Shown one piece after another: positions 9,889 through 19,126 of a DNA stretch of 64,000 bases (position 1 is its first letter; each line of letters begins with the position of its first letter). Location: positions 124,001 through 188,000 of the IMG/VR virus record IMGVR_UViG_3300037294_000266. One strand, given 5' to 3'. The position numbers were made by a program, and so were the translations under genes. A model generated the notes under the pieces. The model was not told the DNA's origin. It ran no database searches and was given only the letters and a program-made list of their open reading frames with translations.

Positions 9889-10380
9889 TTAACGGCGGTT
9901 GAAGTGGTCGAGAGGGGTAATAAAAGAGATGCCGTACGGCGACAGTTTCTCAGACTTTGGGAGGATTTCCCCCAGACGTTTTACAGTTGCCTGATGACTG
10001 TGATCCATCAGTCGTTGGATGATTTGTTTATTGACCTTCGGCGCGGTCTCCTCAAGTGCTTTACGCACTACTGCTTGTGATTCAAGCAGTTCCGAATAAG
10101 CCTTACGCCACTCGAGTTCATCCATGGTGTCTTTACAACAGCACGTATATCCGTGAGTATTGAAGCTGACAGAATCTTGGATTGGCAACGCTCTATTTCC
10201 ACAGTAGGCACATACTGGGATGCCAGTGACATGCATCACTATAGCTGTAGGGCGTAAATCCTCGTGCATGGAGTCCCAATGCGTCATGCGGGATGTGCCG
10301 TTATCACCATGACCTGTTCCAACAAACCCTGTGTTATAAAACCGAAGGGCGCGTTTATCAGCGTGTTCGTGAATTGGCAT
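9889..10380 (-). CDS. Hypothetical protein with putative Zn finger
   Basis: CAYC...CCC motif followed by a helical segment; AGGAG RBS. Confidence 0.75.
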   Translation of the reverse strand: MPIHEHADKRALRFYNTGFVGTGHGDNGTSRMTHWDSMHEDLRPTAIVMHVTGIPVCAYCGNRALPIQDSVSFNTHGYTCCCKDTMDELEWRKAYSELLESQAVVRKALEETAPKVNKQIIQRLMDHSHQATVKRLGEILPKSEKLSPYGISFITPLDHFNRR

Positions 10381-10397
10381 TTGTAGCTCCTAGCGAA

Positions 10398-10422
10398 TAA
10401 AGGGAGGGCCGGAGCCCTCCCT
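10398..10422 (-). terminator. Rho-independent terminator
   Basis: AGGGAGGGC-loop-GCCCTCCCT followed by TTTATT on the minus strand, right after the helicase stop. Confidence 0.7.
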
Positions 10423-10425
10423 GTG

Positions 10426-12585
10426 TCAAGGTATTTCTAAAGCGTAGCGTGACACCACTTCGTTATGAGACAGTACCTTCCGATGAAAGAAGTCTTTCTT
10501 ATTACGGTGGTATTTACAATGCTGCTCGATCTCAAGACACATGAAGTAAATGAATTCAGGTGAGACATCAGGGAAATCAATGAGCGGGCGGGTTCGACCC
10601 AATACCTGTTCATTAGACTGACGTGAGTCTACTGCGGTGGTCATGAATGAACAACGCAGGTTCTTCAAGTCGATTGCTGTACCACCAGAACCAAGCGTGG
10701 TTACACCGATGTCACATTCCAACAAGTCCTCGTAGGGATCGTTCTCAGACCCTGCATAGCGAACAACGTTGAACTCCGGATACATCTTCTTAAGGCGCTC
10801 GACCATCAACGTACACAGGTCAACCCGTGAGAAGAACACTAAAGCTTTCTGCCCTTCTTCCCTCACTGAGACGTAACGGTTGTAGATCGCATCATCGATG
10901 ATTTTAAGGTAGCTCTTAAGCAACCCTTTATGTCGCATGATGGATTCTTCAAACGTCGTGTGAGAGTAACCCTGCGCGCCCATGAACTTAAGACGTATGT
11001 CCTGGTCCATGTGGTACATCATTGCTGTCACGTCAATGTAAACGTGATACCCGCCACCGTCATGTCGCTGGTTAATCGGATAGCCGATGTCGTACACACG
11101 GTTCTTGAAAGCATCTGAACTTGTCATGGTAGCAGACAGGCCCAGTGATTTAGGGACGTGGGTATACAGATCGATCCTGTAGTTGTTATGGAACTCTTGG
11201 TGAAGTTCGTCAGTCACGCGAAAGCCGACATTGAGCTTTGGATAGAAATCGATAGGCTTGATTGGATAGAGCTTACTCAGGCCGTTAGATTCTTCGTAGT
11301 TCTTAATGTAGTCACGCATCGTAGCCGAGGTGATGATGATGACCTGAGCTTTCAGATCACCGTCTAACGCCATCTGCTGCAACGCAATCATGTCCTTCGC
11401 ACCACGGACAACAAAGAAGTCGCCGCGCTTGAATTTGAAGGTCTTCTCGAGGTCATCCTTCCAGCGACTGACATAGCCGCCTTTGAAGTGAATGACTGTC
11501 CTGACCTTCATCTGGTTCATGCAGTACTGTGCCACGTACGTGTTGTGAGTGACAATGAAGTCTTTCACAACAAACAACTTCGACGGATGTGCCACCGCTA
11601 TACATACCGCTTCACCAGGCACTGGCAGGGGGATGATAGACTTGATTGCGAGCAATCCGGACTTAGGCCTGAGTTCGATCGACACTGACACTCGATCGTC
11701 ACCCATATCTCGCAAGGTAGCCAAGCCGCCAATTGAACGTACTGCAAATACCACTCGCTTAGCTGTCGCACCGTCGAGTACATATACGCCATCTGCTGCA
11801 CGGCCAAGGCATCTGACAATGCCTACAAATCGTTCACGGAGCCCAGCACGTTCAGGTTCAATCAATGGCACGCTGACAGCCGTCTTACGGATCAGCATGT
11901 TCATGACTGTTTCAGTGGTTACTGTCCGCCAGCCTGAGAACGAATTAACGTGCCAAAGGTGCTCGAGGTCTGCATCGACGAAACGACCGTCTTCGAACGT
12001 TACGCGGTAAAGCTTCTTAGGGCCTTGTGGGTAGACACCTGTGACTTCGGTGGACGTGCCGTCTTTAGACACGACAAGATCGCCTACCTTTAACTGTCCC
12101 ATTAGTTTCCAGCCACCAGGAACACGGACAGGCGTCTTAGCGCAGAGTGCTTTACCACCACCTGTCTGCAACGTTACCATTTTAATAATGGGATCCCACT
12201 TTGGGTTCTCAGTATCAAGTACGTATTCGATGATCCCTATCTGCTTCTCACGAGGCGGGAACATGTGACGGACATCGAACTCAACCTTAGGGATGTCCGC
12301 AATGGTCACTCCATGGTGCACAATGGGGACTAGGTGTTCGACGTAGCCATTCATCCTAAAGAGATGACGTTTTAATTCCTCGAGTTGGTTCCTATGGAAA
12401 CTGAATTCCTTTCGGTCGCGTGTTGCTGCTGCGTATGTGCGCAGACCCTTTGGTATGAATCGTTTACCTTTCTTCTCGAAGCCCATCTCGATAAGTGGTT
12501 TGCAAAACGAAAGCATTGCCTGTAGGTCGCGTTCATTCAACACATCTCTAACTTTGATGGTGTGGCTATAAACGTCAATTTTCAT
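10426..12585 (-). CDS. SF2 (UvsW/DEAD-like) helicase, intein-containing (phiKZ gp75-like)
   Basis: Q-motif PREKQ, Walker A TGGGK/T split by an intein, DELH, GLSAT, and QVLGRTR motif VI. Confidence 0.92.
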   Translation of the reverse strand: MKIDVYSHTIKVRDVLNERDLQAMLSFCKPLIEMGFEKKGKRFIPKGLRTYAAATRDRKEFSFHRNQLEELKRHLFRMNGYVEHLVPIVHHGVTIADIPKVEFDVRHMFPPREKQIGIIEYVLDTENPKWDPIIKMVTLQTGGGKALCAKTPVRVPGGWKLMGQLKVGDLVVSKDGTSTEVTGVYPQGPKKLYRVTFEDGRFVDADLEHLWHVNSFSGWRTVTTETVMNMLIRKTAVSVPLIEPERAGLRERFVGIVRCLGRAADGVYVLDGATAKRVVFAVRSIGGLATLRDMGDDRVSVSIELRPKSGLLAIKSIIPLPVPGEAVCIAVAHPSKLFVVKDFIVTHNTYVAQYCMNQMKVRTVIHFKGGYVSRWKDDLEKTFKFKRGDFFVVRGAKDMIALQQMALDGDLKAQVIIITSATMRDYIKNYEESNGLSKLYPIKPIDFYPKLNVGFRVTDELHQEFHNNYRIDLYTHVPKSLGLSATMTSSDAFKNRVYDIGYPINQRHDGGGYHVYIDVTAMMYHMDQDIRLKFMGAQGYSHTTFEESIMRHKGLLKSYLKIIDDAIYNRYVSVREEGQKALVFFSRVDLCTLMVERLKKMYPEFNVVRYAGSENDPYEDLLECDIGVTTLGSGGTAIDLKNLRCSFMTTAVDSRQSNEQVLGRTRPLIDFPDVSPEFIYFMCLEIEQHCKYHRNKKDFFHRKVLSHNEVVSRYALEIP
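11542..12150 (-). mobile_element. Class 3 mini-intein (203 aa) in the helicase P-loop
   Basis: Starts with Ala (ALCAKTPV...GQLKVGDLV); block B EHLW, block F CIAV, block G VTHN followed by Thr+1. Confidence 0.9.
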
Positions 12586-12704
12586 GTTGTGATCCTAACC
12601 TAACGACATATGTCTCGTTACATATCAATCCACTGATAAATGATTAAAAACAAGATCCTTGACTGTCCGATACCGTCCAATAAGGTTCTATAACATCCAA
12701 AAGA

Positions 12705-12740
12705 AATAAAAGTGATAAAGGAGGGCCGAAGCCCTCCCTT
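12705..12740 (-). terminator. Rho-independent terminator
   Basis: GAGGGC-TTCG-GCCCTC on the minus strand plus a T-rich tract after the beta'-C stop. Confidence 0.7.
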
Positions 12741-12744
12741 ATGT

Positions 12745-14808
12745 TTACATATTGATAACTTCAGGGAATACAAACGGATCTAGGAGACCTGGTGGACGAT
12801 CTTTGATCAGGTAGCTATCCGGATCTTCAATCATGTCAGGCTGCCGCTCGTAAGCCAATTCCTGACCAAGTGAACGGTACTGCATCAGCGTGCGGTGCTC
12901 TTCAAACTTAGCTGGCCGATCATACGGCGGCAAGCGATAGTCATCGGGATCATCTGCTGGACGCATCAGCGTCAGAAGGATTACTTCCAGGTGCTTGATG
13001 TTCACGAACAACTGTGAGTTAACCAAGTCAGCGAAGTCCAGCAGTGCTGCCACTGGATCTGTGTAGCTGGTCAGCATTCGACCATTGAACCCGTTACGCT
13101 CAGACTTCTTAGCTGGAGAGCGAATAAACGCTTCTACCGCTGCCATGAAGTCGAGGGTGCTGGCATGCCGGCGGGGCAAGGAGAAGGCTGGTGCTGCAAA
13201 GTCCCAATTACTCAGGTCGATACAGAAGTTACCATTCTCATCAACAGTGTAGCCATTTTCCTGGATGTAGTACACCATCACCCGAGACAAGGAGCCGTGA
13301 CGTGCACCCTGACTAACAGGAATGTACACTTCAACTTTCTCACCACGGAGGTTGGTTACCTTCAACTGCACTTCACGGAACGAAGTGAAGCGGTGGATGT
13401 TAAGACGTTCTACGATAGTGTCCTTGGTGAGACCGCCTAAGTTAGCACCGTTCTCCAATGTCTTATCCCCAATAGCAGGGAGGATCATCATAGGGGACAT
13501 CTTCTGCATGCGAGGATTGAACTTCAACAGCGAACTCTCACGAGCCGACTGAGGAATCTCTTCACCCAACAATGCTTCATCAACTACATCGCCATCTGGA
13601 TCGGATGACGCTACCTGGATGTACGGTGAATATTCTTCGTCGATGATGATCTCTTCGGTTTCAGAACTACCGTCCAAGTGCTTTACCGACAGTGTACGTT
13701 GAGAACCTTCACGACACAGTTCGGTAGACGATACATGACCCAGCGACGTGCCACGCGGTACTGCCCAAGCCAGTTCGCCAAAGCAAACGTGACAGACAGC
13801 GCCATCGCCCCGATACTTACAGAACATCGGAGAGCGCATGCGGATCGTCTGACCTTTCAGGTGGTGATCATTCTCACGCACCGGTGTCAGCTTGTTGTCT
13901 TCGTCCAGGTAGATCGAACCTTCAATGTAACGGAGGTTGGATGAGTTGACCGGGAAGTCAACGTACGTGTCACTGCCGCAATCGTCCCAGACAAGCTTGT
14001 CAACCACTGTAGCCGAGAGCTGCATCTTACGGTTGAAGTACTCGACGATACGCAGAGGCTTCTTGGTAAACAACAATGCTTTCTTGGCAGAGCAGGATTC
14101 GATCATGATGTCATGAAGCGACGTCAGGCCTTCAAAGAACCCTGTTGTGATTGGCTTACGGAAGATCACCTGGTCAGCATCGGTCAGGTAACCACGGCAA
14201 ATCAGGATCTGCAAGAACTGGCCCATCTTGATCTGCTTGGAACGCAGACCACGACAGATAGGATTGTTCAGGAGAGCCGGATCTTTCATCAGGATCGTTG
14301 AGGCACGGTCGTAGGCCCGACTGATAGACAGCTGGTTAGGCTGAATGTCAGTGCGTACTTCCTTAATGGCCGGGTATAGATAAAGCTCGAGCAAGTGGAA
14401 CGCGTTGATCGATACGTGCCATTCTTCCAGGAAGATACTCAGGATGTTGTAGATCTCGTTAGAGACGTTCTTCACCTCTGACCAGACCTGTTCACGATCA
14501 TAACAAAGATCGTGATTAACATTGGCATTTGGATCGAAGTACACGTAGTGCAAGTCGCGCACGATGTTGGACAGGATCTTAGGTACCGTGTCAGCACTCG
14601 GGAAGTCGTTGCCCATGTGGTGACATATATTCAACGGCAGTCGTGGGAACTTCCGATGCAGTTCCCAACAGAACCAACTGAGCATTGTGCGACGGGATGT
14701 TGTTTCAATGATCCCGTCGTCAAACTCAATTCGTAGCCGTTCATCTATGAGTGGCCATTCGCCTGGAACGTCCAGGTTCATGAATTCACGTGCTTTGATT
14801 TGACGCAT
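12745..14808 (-). CDS. Non-virion RNA polymerase beta' C-terminal subunit (phiKZ gp74-like)
   Basis: ILICRGYL, DDCGS, RSPMFC...VCHVCFG Zn site, SQRTLSVKH trigger-loop-like motif, IKHLEVIL. Confidence 0.9.
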   Translation of the reverse strand: MRQIKAREFMNLDVPGEWPLIDERLRIEFDDGIIETTSRRTMLSWFCWELHRKFPRLPLNICHHMGNDFPSADTVPKILSNIVRDLHYVYFDPNANVNHDLCYDREQVWSEVKNVSNEIYNILSIFLEEWHVSINAFHLLELYLYPAIKEVRTDIQPNQLSISRAYDRASTILMKDPALLNNPICRGLRSKQIKMGQFLQILICRGYLTDADQVIFRKPITTGFFEGLTSLHDIMIESCSAKKALLFTKKPLRIVEYFNRKMQLSATVVDKLVWDDCGSDTYVDFPVNSSNLRYIEGSIYLDEDNKLTPVRENDHHLKGQTIRMRSPMFCKYRGDGAVCHVCFGELAWAVPRGTSLGHVSSTELCREGSQRTLSVKHLDGSSETEEIIIDEEYSPYIQVASSDPDGDVVDEALLGEEIPQSARESSLLKFNPRMQKMSPMMILPAIGDKTLENGANLGGLTKDTIVERLNIHRFTSFREVQLKVTNLRGEKVEVYIPVSQGARHGSLSRVMVYYIQENGYTVDENGNFCIDLSNWDFAAPAFSLPRRHASTLDFMAAVEAFIRSPAKKSERNGFNGRMLTSYTDPVAALLDFADLVNSQLFVNIKHLEVILLTLMRPADDPDDYRLPPYDRPAKFEEHRTLMQYRSLGQELAYERQPDMIEDPDSYLIKDRPPGLLDPFVFPEVINM

Positions 14809-14848
14809 TACGCTGGTCCCCCTTAAAGCCTTCCTTGGCGATTAGTCG

Positions 14849-15097
14849 CTAGAACCGATTAGGCGAAGCTTCAACTGACTTGATCCAAACACCATTTGAA
14901 TCATGAATATGGTAAGTACGACCACATGCCTCAGTAGGACTGCCGGGGATGTTCTCGATCAGACCATCGATAGCATCTTCTGCCGCACTAACGGTTGGAT
15001 GATTGGACGATTTATCGAATGGCGGTTCGCCTTGATATTCGCACGACACCTTGTAAGTTAACGATGGGTCTTGAGTCATGGTGGCCACCTTAATCAT
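14849..15097 (-). CDS. Small hypothetical protein between two nvRNAP genes
   Basis: 82 aa; overlaps the beta-C stop by 8 nt. Confidence 0.6.
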   Translation of the reverse strand: MIKVATMTQDPSLTYKVSCEYQGEPPFDKSSNHPTVSAAEDAIDGLIENIPGSPTEACGRTYHIHDSNGVWIKSVEASPNRF

Positions 15098-17300
15098 TGG
15101 TTAACTGCTTACCGGAACACTCGAACATGTTACGCATGTACGCCAACGGACGGTGTCCACCAACCGGCACTACGTTAACGTCAATCAAGACATCGATGTT
15201 CGTAGGTGTCGGGTGAGTGAGCATGTTACGCAGGGCGTGACTGTGCGCGATCGGGTTGTTACTGGCATCTTTCTGTGCGGCGATAGCTTCACCACCACAT
15301 GCAGCAGCCTGAGCACGGAACTCGGCTTCACCGACACGACTGGACGAGATACGGCCAGGTGAGTTAAACTTATCGGCGTTACTGAGACGAGCGGTTGTAC
15401 CGAACACGTTGCACTTTGCAGAGGAGGCTGCCATCCAGGCATCTTCTGCTGTCTTTTCCAAGTTAATGTAGTATGACGGTGCAATCAACATCGGCTCACG
15501 GGAGACTTTCATCTTTCCGTCACGCCCACGGAACCGTACCGGCGTAATGAACGGCGGCCAACGATCACGGATTGCTTCGATCACATCAGGCATGTGCACC
15601 GGGTTGTTGGTCGGCATGTACAGATCCAGACCATGGTAATGATCTAGCAATGCAGCCGAAACCGAAGTGTACATGTATTCTGGATTGCTACGGCGATAAT
15701 CTGGATCCAGTTCATCGGCGTATTGGATGGGCGTCACTACCTTGTAGAACTCGAGGAGCTCATTGTAAGCAGCTTCTACCAGATCGACGTTGCCGGCAGC
15801 GTAAACCGCATCTTCTACCTGATCTTCGGTCAGTTGAAGGTTACGGTCAAACCCAAATGTTTCTTGGAGACGCTTTGCCAAGTCACGTCCTGCCGCGCCA
15901 ATCATCATTTCAATTGGAGAAGCTGGAGTCACTCGGTTCCAACGCGAGTTAGGGTCTACAACGATATCTGCCACCACGCCATTCTCATCGACTGGCATGT
16001 CATCGTCGTCAACCACTTCGACCACAACGGACTTATCGCCGTGGATGTCAGTGATCTTATAGCCTTTGTTCGGGATGGACAGGTACTTGAACGTGATCTC
16101 TACACGCCATGCATCGAGCTTGACGCCACGATAGACTTTCTCTACCTTCTGGTTATCGTCAGCTGAACGTGACATGCCGCCGTCTGGCTTGGCATAGTCA
16201 GCACCCAATCGACCAATGGCTTCATATACCAGACGCCCAAACTCAGGCTCCAGACGAAGTTCCATACGCAGATCAGCACATGACTTACGCAAGCGCTTCC
16301 AGACATCGAAGATCTTGCGATAGAACTCAGTGTCAGCGTTGTAATACTTAAACAGCTGGTCATCCATGCCGACGGGTAATGGCGGGATGTTGATAGAGGT
16401 ATTGCGCTCTACCTTGATGTCCACTACTTCTGCATCGATATGCTGAACGAAACGCTTGCGGTCAAAGATATAGTCTGGCTGTTGTAACGCCTCGACTGTC
16501 ATGTTTGCCACAGCACTGATCGGATCGTACCGGCGCAACGCTACCAGCAAGCCAGTCGAATTGACTTTCTCACCGATGTCGGGGAAGATCTTATAGACGT
16601 TGGGGTCTGAAGATTGGTTGATCGGATAGAACTCACGCCCGAATTCGAAGACACGCTTCTCAAATCCTGTGGGGGCAAGCTTCTCCAGATAACCACGACG
16701 TGCCTTAACACCGTCTTCAGTACCTGCTACGTCAGACGCCATCAGTACGTTGGTCTCACGACCGTACATATAGTTGCCGTACTCGTCAATTGCAGGAGAT
16801 TGTGTGAGCTTAGTGCCCTTAGCTACAAAGGCATCTTTACGCAATTGCTCTACAACATCACGATTACGCTTGTACTCAGTACCGAAGTGCTGGTGCGCGA
16901 TGTGATAGTCAGACAACATGACCACACCGATCTCATTGGTGCGGTAGTTCTCGTAAATGATCGCTGTCTGTGGCGAGTGACGAATCCGGTTCATACCGGC
17001 CGTACCACCAAAACGCGGAATCACGTCAAGGATCTTGACGTCATCGTCGAATTCAATAGAGAAGGTTGCTTCACCAAAGGCACGTTCCATACCGCCCATG
17101 ATTTTCTTACGGGTTGGCTCTTTGATGACAACCATCTGAGCAAGGTTACCGGTAAACATAGCTGCTCGAGAAGCAGAGATGTGCCGGATAAATGGATTGA
17201 GGCCATAGAGAGACATCAGCTCAGGGTGCAGTTCCACGTGATTAGCAAGTGGCTTATACTTCTGAGCAATTTGTTCTGCAGCCGTTAGTTTCTCGGACAT
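15090..17300 (-). CDS. Non-virion RNA polymerase beta C-terminal subunit (phiKZ gp71-73-like), intron-free
   Basis: SRAAMFTGNLAQMV, EDG, KITDIHGDKSVV, YYINLEK, RVGEAE beta motifs. Confidence 0.9.
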   Translation of the reverse strand: MSEKLTAAEQIAQKYKPLANHVELHPELMSLYGLNPFIRHISASRAAMFTGNLAQMVVIKEPTRKKIMGGMERAFGEATFSIEFDDDVKILDVIPRFGGTAGMNRIRHSPQTAIIYENYRTNEIGVVMLSDYHIAHQHFGTEYKRNRDVVEQLRKDAFVAKGTKLTQSPAIDEYGNYMYGRETNVLMASDVAGTEDGVKARRGYLEKLAPTGFEKRVFEFGREFYPINQSSDPNVYKIFPDIGEKVNSTGLLVALRRYDPISAVANMTVEALQQPDYIFDRKRFVQHIDAEVVDIKVERNTSINIPPLPVGMDDQLFKYYNADTEFYRKIFDVWKRLRKSCADLRMELRLEPEFGRLVYEAIGRLGADYAKPDGGMSRSADDNQKVEKVYRGVKLDAWRVEITFKYLSIPNKGYKITDIHGDKSVVVEVVDDDDMPVDENGVVADIVVDPNSRWNRVTPASPIEMMIGAAGRDLAKRLQETFGFDRNLQLTEDQVEDAVYAAGNVDLVEAAYNELLEFYKVVTPIQYADELDPDYRRSNPEYMYTSVSAALLDHYHGLDLYMPTNNPVHMPDVIEAIRDRWPPFITPVRFRGRDGKMKVSREPMLIAPSYYINLEKTAEDAWMAASSAKCNVFGTTARLSNADKFNSPGRISSSRVGEAEFRAQAAACGGEAIAAQKDASNNPIAHSHALRNMLTHPTPTNIDVLIDVNVVPVGGHRPLAYMRNMFECSGKQLTND

Positions 17301-17346
17301 CGATTACTCCCATTACGAAAGGTTAGCGCAAGCTTTCCACTTCTTT

Positions 17347-17354
17347 ATAATGTA
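17347..17354 (-). promoter_or_regulatory. Putative early promoter core TACATTAT
   Basis: 47 nt upstream of the beta-C start; an upstream T-tract is conserved. Confidence 0.65.
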
Positions 17355-17386
17355 TCTCTGAAGAAAATTCAAACGAGGATTGTGCA

Positions 17387-17725
17387 ATGAGCGCGCTTTT
17401 AACATCAACCATGGTGGCTAGCGGTAATGTGATGTACCATTCCGCAGAGTTTCTGAGCTTTGTCCATAGTCACGAAACGTATTTGAAGAATGCGTGCATC
17501 TCCACTCCTCTTGACCCAGGCATCGTCCATAAGTTCGAATTCAACTTCATGTCCCTTCTGGTGGAATTGGGATATCCGGTGGAAGACCTGATCATTTTCA
17601 TGGTGGTCAATGACTTCAACTGCATCACCGATATGACGGCGGACTTTAAAGAGATCCGTATTCCTGACCTTGCAGTCGTCGAGAACCTAAAGACCCTTTA
17701 CCGTCAGACTCCCGGCAGAATCTAA
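17387..17725 (+). CDS. Conserved small phiKZ-like protein, possible LysM/tail-X-like baseplate protein
   Basis: 112 aa, GAGGA RBS; C-terminal VNDF...D...IRIPD pattern resembles tail X/LysM-like domains. Confidence 0.5.
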   Translation: MSALLTSTMVASGNVMYHSAEFLSFVHSHETYLKNACISTPLDPGIVHKFEFNFMSLLVELGYPVEDLIIFMVVNDFNCITDMTADFKEIRIPDLAVVENLKTLYRQTPGRI

Positions 17726-17726
17726 C

Positions 17727-17759
17727 AAAGAAAGAGGAGAGGGGTTTCCCCTCTCCTCT
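17727..17759. terminator. Bidirectional terminator
   Basis: AGAGGAGAGGGG-TTT-CCCCTCTCCTCT between convergent genes. Confidence 0.8.
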
Positions 17760-17776
17760 ATGCCGCTTTACTGCAC

Positions 17777-19114
17777 TTAGAACGAAGTACGCCCGTGGCC
17801 AGAACCGAACGGACGACTGTCGCGGCCACGGCCGCCACGATCATCACGACGGAAATCACGCTCGCTGAAACGAGAACTGCGCTCTTCACGATCGCGATCA
17901 CGACCTAGTCCGAGATCGAACCGAGGCCCGCTATCACGTTCACTGAAGCGGCCGCCACGCCCACCACGGTCATCGCGATCACGCCCACGACCAAAACGAC
18001 TGTCACGATCTTCATCGCGATCACGCCCACGGGAGTTACCGAGGAAATCGTCAAGGGACTTACCTTCACGACGAGGAGCATCGCCACGCACTGTTGTTAC
18101 AGGCGCTTTGGCGTCATCGTCCCACGGCAGATCGATCTTTTCTTCACGGGCGTTACGAGTAGCTGCTTGCTCACGTACCGGCGGCGCAATGCGCGTTGCC
18201 AGTTTATCAGCCACACGCTCACGTTCTTTCTTGGTGCTGACGATGATCTCGCCTTCGTTGCCTTCCTGAGGCGGTACCTTCTTGCGCAGGTCACCTAGAT
18301 CGTCCATTGCTTCATACCAGCTCAGGTCGATCTGTAGTTCTTCGTAGAAGTCGTTACCCAGAAGCTTCTTGTGCTTCTTGGCCACGCCATTCAAACGAGT
18401 CGCTACATTGTAGAAACCAGACATCAACGCATGGAAGTACGGAGCTGTCAGGTTCTTACTGCCGAAGTCGTACGACGCACGTTCTTCATCATTGCCCAGA
18501 ATTACTTCGAACAATGCAATCAGATTGGCACGAGCTTTCTTCGATGGGTATTTGACGCCCAGGAGATCTTTATCATTTTCCAGCAGGGCGTCCATGACAG
18601 GGAAGCTGAACTTCACTGCACGACGAACGCCTTCGCCTTCTTCCGCTTTACGCAGACTTACCGAGACCAAACGCTTTTCAGGTTCAGCCCCGATCTTCAT
18701 GAGAACCTTCTTCAGGAAATCATAAGTCTTCTCGTCCATCTCACGCATAGCCTTGAGATATTCGGAGGAGCTGGCATCCAGTCGCTTGTGCTCGCTGTCT
18801 GTGGCAGCAACACGGCCCAATTCGGACAGCAGTGCCACAGCGTTGTAGGTCAGTTTGAACATGATCGTATCGCGCAAGGCTTTGATCATGTCGCTCTGGC
18901 CACGAGTGATGTTCTCGCTCAGCGGATGATACACGATGGTGCTATCGGAGCTTTCACGCAAGTGCTCCGATGTAGGCAGCACAACACGCTTCTTGCCAAT
19001 CATGAAAGGCTGGAGATTATCCTCACTGATTACGCGAGACAGATGACCGCTACCCGTCTCATCAATGATGCCTACCGAGTTGAGGACTCGGATGTTGAAC
19101 TCTTTAAGATCCAT
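17777..19114 (-). CDS. Conserved nucleus-block protein (phiKZ gp70 position) with an RG/RD-rich disordered tail
   Basis: 445 aa; synteny between PicA and nvRNAP beta-C; the last ~90 aa are R/G/D/S/F low complexity. Confidence 0.75.
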   Translation of the reverse strand: MDLKEFNIRVLNSVGIIDETGSGHLSRVISEDNLQPFMIGKKRVVLPTSEHLRESSDSTIVYHPLSENITRGQSDMIKALRDTIMFKLTYNAVALLSELGRVAATDSEHKRLDASSSEYLKAMREMDEKTYDFLKKVLMKIGAEPEKRLVSVSLRKAEEGEGVRRAVKFSFPVMDALLENDKDLLGVKYPSKKARANLIALFEVILGNDEERASYDFGSKNLTAPYFHALMSGFYNVATRLNGVAKKHKKLLGNDFYEELQIDLSWYEAMDDLGDLRKKVPPQEGNEGEIIVSTKKERERVADKLATRIAPPVREQAATRNAREEKIDLPWDDDAKAPVTTVRGDAPRREGKSLDDFLGNSRGRDRDEDRDSRFGRGRDRDDRGGRGGRFSERDSGPRFDLGLGRDRDREERSSRFSERDFRRDDRGGRGRDSRPFGSGHGRTSF

Positions 19115-19126
19115 GGATCTCTCCTA

